Shown here: piece by piece, positions 57,028 through 59,778 of the stretch | Layout: each line of letters begins with the position of its first letter | How positions within the stretch are numbered: the first letter of the stretch is position 1 | Assembly (NCBI GenBank): GCA_030589165.1 | Contig: JAUUWG010000001.1 | Location: 1-59,778 of the forward strand | Length of the DNA stretch: 59,778 nt | Direction: 5' to 3' | Source of the DNA: Desulfobacterales bacterium | GTDB taxonomy: Bacteria; Desulfobacterota; Desulfobacteria; Desulfobacterales; JAFDHS01 | Position numbers and translations under genes: made by a program | The notes under the pieces: model-generated | The model's input: only the letters and a program-made list of their open reading frames with translations | Databases searched by the model: none | What the model was told of the DNA's origin: nothing

Positions 57028-57576
57028 TTGAATAATCTATTTACCGGCCTTATTGCATCAAAAACCAGAATCAGGTTGCTGATCCGTTTTTTCTTTAATC
57101 CGCAGACCCGTTCCTATTTAAGGGAGCTGGCCAAGGAATTTAATGTGTCCACCAATTCGGTGCGCGAAGAACTCAACCAGCTTACCAAAACGGATCTGCT
57201 GAAATCGGAAAAAAACGGGCGGCAAGTCTATTATATGGCAAACCAGGACCATCCCCTGTTTCCGGAGCTCAGATCCATGGTCGGCAAAGTCATGGGAATC
57301 GACCGGGTCATAGACGGCATTGTCGGCAGGTTGGGGGATCTGGAACGCGCTTACCTGATCGATGATTACGCAGAGGGCAAGGACACCGGCATTATCGACC
57401 TCGTGTTGGTGGGAAATATCGATCATTACCACCTCAATGATTTGAGCAGAAAAACTGAACGCTATATCAATCGCAAGATTCGTTCGCTGGTTTTGGATAA
57501 AGGTGAGTACAACGACCTTTTGCTGAAGCTGAAACAACGACCACGCGTGTTGATTTGGGAAGCCAAAGGAAAATAG
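57028..57576 (+). CDS. Winged-HTH transcriptional regulator with nucleotidyltransferase-like C-terminal domain
   Basis: SKTRIRLL..FF.NP, YLRELAKEF..STNSVREEL, YAEG.D..IIDLVLVG. Confidence 0.8.
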   Translation: MNNLFTGLIASKTRIRLLIRFFFNPQTRSYLRELAKEFNVSTNSVREELNQLTKTDLLKSEKNGRQVYYMANQDHPLFPELRSMVGKVMGIDRVIDGIVGRLGDLERAYLIDDYAEGKDTGIIDLVLVGNIDHYHLNDLSRKTERYINRKIRSLVLDKGEYNDLLLKLKQRPRVLIWEAKGK

Positions 57577-57666
57577 ACGGCCCGCACCTTTCTGATTCAT
57601 AAAGGATTCAGAATATTTGATTATTTTTGGACCCCGTTGATATCAAAAATGGAAGGATACGACAAA

Positions 57667-57900
57667 ATGGAAACAAGAAAAGCACCACTTTCCTATAGCG
57701 ACTATGTAAAGGGAATTAAGTTTTTAAACATAGATGAACAATTGAGCCTTTTAGAAATCATATCAGCCAGGCTCAAGAAGAGCATTGGTAAAAGAAGAAT
57801 AAAACATAGTATTATGGAGCTTGAGGGACTATGTGCTGATATATGGAAAGGCATTGATGCTCAGGAATATGTTCGCAAGGAGAGAGAATCTTGGGATTAG
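57667..57900 (+). CDS. Putative antitoxin
   Basis: Small ORF overlapping the PIN gene; C-terminal ELEGL..DIW...DAQEYVRKERESW. Confidence 0.75.
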   Translation: METRKAPLSYSDYVKGIKFLNIDEQLSLLEIISARLKKSIGKRRIKHSIMELEGLCADIWKGIDAQEYVRKERESWD

Positions 57901-58337
57901 TCGATGAAATACGAGGATCAAGGATTTGTATCGATACCGCGCCCTTTATCTATTTCATTGAAAAGGATCCCAGGTATCTGGATGTATTAAGACCAGTCTT
58001 TGCTGAAATAGATGCTGGAAAAATTGATGCGTTAACATCAACCATCACATTATTAGAGGTGTTAGTCCTCCCGTTTAAGATGAAAAATGAACCGTTGGCT
58101 GAAAAATATCGTGAGATATTACTTTACGCTGAAGGATTAACAACCTTTGAGATTTCTCACGAAGTTTCAGAATTGTCCTCAAAGCTAAGGGCAAAATATT
58201 TGATCCGGACGCCTGATGCGATTCAGATAGCTGTTGGTATTATATATGGTGCTGATACGTTTTTGACCAATGATTCAGGCCTGAAGAAAGTCAAGGATAT
58301 CAAGGTAATGATACTCGAAGATTTTTTAGAAAAATAA
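57891..58337 (+). CDS. vapC: PIN-domain toxin, VapC family
   Basis: IDTAPFIY, TLLEVL, RTPDAIQIA, FLTND. Confidence 0.9.
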   Translation: MGLVDEIRGSRICIDTAPFIYFIEKDPRYLDVLRPVFAEIDAGKIDALTSTITLLEVLVLPFKMKNEPLAEKYREILLYAEGLTTFEISHEVSELSSKLRAKYLIRTPDAIQIAVGIIYGADTFLTNDSGLKKVKDIKVMILEDFLEK

Positions 58338-58338
58338 A

Positions 58339-58443
58339 TTTGATGAGCTGGTCAGGATGATGGTTCGAGAAGATCTCAAACAAGCGGAAAAAGACCGGTT
58401 ATGTAACCGTGCCGGCTTTCGGACTTACAATCAGTTTGATTAG
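58339..58443 (+). pseudogene. gmd: 3' remnant of GDP-mannose 4,6-dehydratase
   Basis: Translates FDELVRMMVREDLKQAEKDRLCNRAGFRTYNQFD*, resembling the Gmd C-terminus; sits upstream of fcl, where gmd normally lies. Confidence 0.75.
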
Positions 58444-58658
58444 ATAAACCTGATTTAAGGGACTCAGCACGAATAAAGTGTCCCAGATAGCGCTCATGTT
58501 CAGGTCAGATTTATTCGATCCGAAATCTAATCGCCACAGGAATAGTCGTTCTATTTCGAGGACGATTTGATTGAGGATCGGATAAAGATGGCCTGGAGAG
58601 GAGATGTTAAATGGGATAATTTATTTGTGCCGAGTCCCTAAGAGACCATGCGAATTTC

Positions 58659-59640
58659 ATGAATAAGCATTCCTCCATATACATCGCCGGTCATCGAGGC
58701 CTGGTCGGCTCCGCCATTCTCCGCCGCCTTCAGGCCGAGGGATACACCAATTTAATTAACAGGACTCATCGAGAGCTGGATCTGACCAGGCAAGATAAGG
58801 TGGAAGAATTCTTTAACAAAGAGCGGCCTGAATATGTATTCCTTGCGGCAGCGAAAGTAGGAGGCATCTGGGCCAACGCCACCCGCCCAGCGGAATTTAT
58901 CTACCAAAACCTGGCCATTCAGACCAATGTACTCCACACTGCGTATAAGGCAGGAGTAAAACGGCTCCTGTTTTTGGGTTCCTCATGCATTTATCCCCGA
59001 CAATGCCCTCAACCCATGAAGGAGGAACATCTGCTTACCGGTCCGCTGGAGTCCACCAACCAGCCCTATGCGGTGGCCAAGATTGCGGGCATCATCCAGT
59101 GCGAGGGATACAACCGCCAGTATGGCACCCGGTTTCTTGGGGTCATGCCCACAAACCTCTATGGACCCAATGATAATTACGATCTGGAAAACTCGCACGT
59201 TCTGCCTGCTTTGATCCGCAAGTTCCACCTGGCAAAACTTGCAGGTAAAGGCGATTGGGAGGGGATTCAAAGGGATGAAGCAAAATACGGCCCCATCCCG
59301 GCTGACATCCGCGGCTGTTTACTATCGATTTCTAAACACAATGATCACACTCCCCCATTGCCTACTGCCGACTCCATACTTCCTGCTCCTGCGGTGATCC
59401 TCTGGGGCACCGGCTCACCGCGCCGGGAATTTTTGCATGTTGAGGACCTGGCCGATGCTTGTCTGTTCTTGATGAATTTATCTGGCGATTCATTTGATTC
59501 TATGCTTTTGTCTGATTTGCTTGCCTCCAATCCCCAGCGGAGTGATCCTCAAGCTTCTTCTCTCCCGCTTATCAACATTGGTTGCGGCAAAGACCAAACC
59601 ATCCGGGAACTTGCAAGCCTGGTTACGGAAGTTGTCGGCT
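58659..59640 (+). pseudogene. fcl: GDP-L-fucose synthase, interrupted near its 3' end by an insertion
   Basis: [48 protein letters not shown]; similarity ends at VVG and the usual KPDG tail is missing. Confidence 0.88.
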
Positions 59641-59778
59641 GTCAGCTACCCAAAGCTAAAGCTTTTGGGCTTGTAAAAGCCCGGCTGATTAGACTCAGCC
59701 AATCCATTTACTCAATTGGGTTGGCTACGTTAAGAATATATACAGGATAGCCTCAATGCTCCACAAGTTGAGGAAACT
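59641..59778 (+). ncRNA. omegaRNA/HEARO scaffold at the end of an IS200/IS605-type IscB/IsrB element, 3'-truncated by the window
   Basis: GTCAGCTACCC..., hairpin CCCAAAGC-TAAA-GCTTTTGGG, GGGCTT-GTAA-AAGCCC, GCTGATTAGACTCAGC...GCTACGTT, CCTCAA-TGCTCCACAAG-TTGAGG. Confidence 0.85.

Noticed and set aside
59641..59750. ORF-track C-terminus of Fcl (CQLPKAKAF...IYTG)
   Set aside because: Read-through into the omegaRNA element, not Fcl sequence

Overview
Bacterial chromosomal window. Gene content and style suggest a Desulfobacterales-like deltaproteobacterium (inference). Left to right it holds: the tail of a polysaccharide/PAPS cluster (cysQ, sat-cysC fusion, nucleotide-sugar dehydrogenase, epimerase, galU); housekeeping genes (NifU-like, KamA-family radical SAM, RNase Z-like, recJ, miaB, DUF151, PHP); a five-gene specialised Hsp70 operon (large helical protein, non-HPD J-domain, GrpE, Hsp70, zinc-ribbon protein); recCBD-purB-uvrD; cfa; an extended Tad/Flp pilus locus with a sigma54 promoter and adjacent GT2/GT-C glycosyltransferases; a GxxExxY nuclease cassette bounded by 30-bp inverted repeats and a possible 7-bp target duplication; a wHTH regulator; a VapBC-like pair abutting a gmd 3' remnant; and fcl interrupted at the window edge by an IscB/IsrB-type omegaRNA (HEARO) element. 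Intergenic spaces carry several repeat families, chiefly about 9 copies of a palindromic element with variable-number 9/10-bp tandem arms. I saw no rRNA, tRNA or CRISPR array. All calls come from motif recognition by eye; no searches were run.
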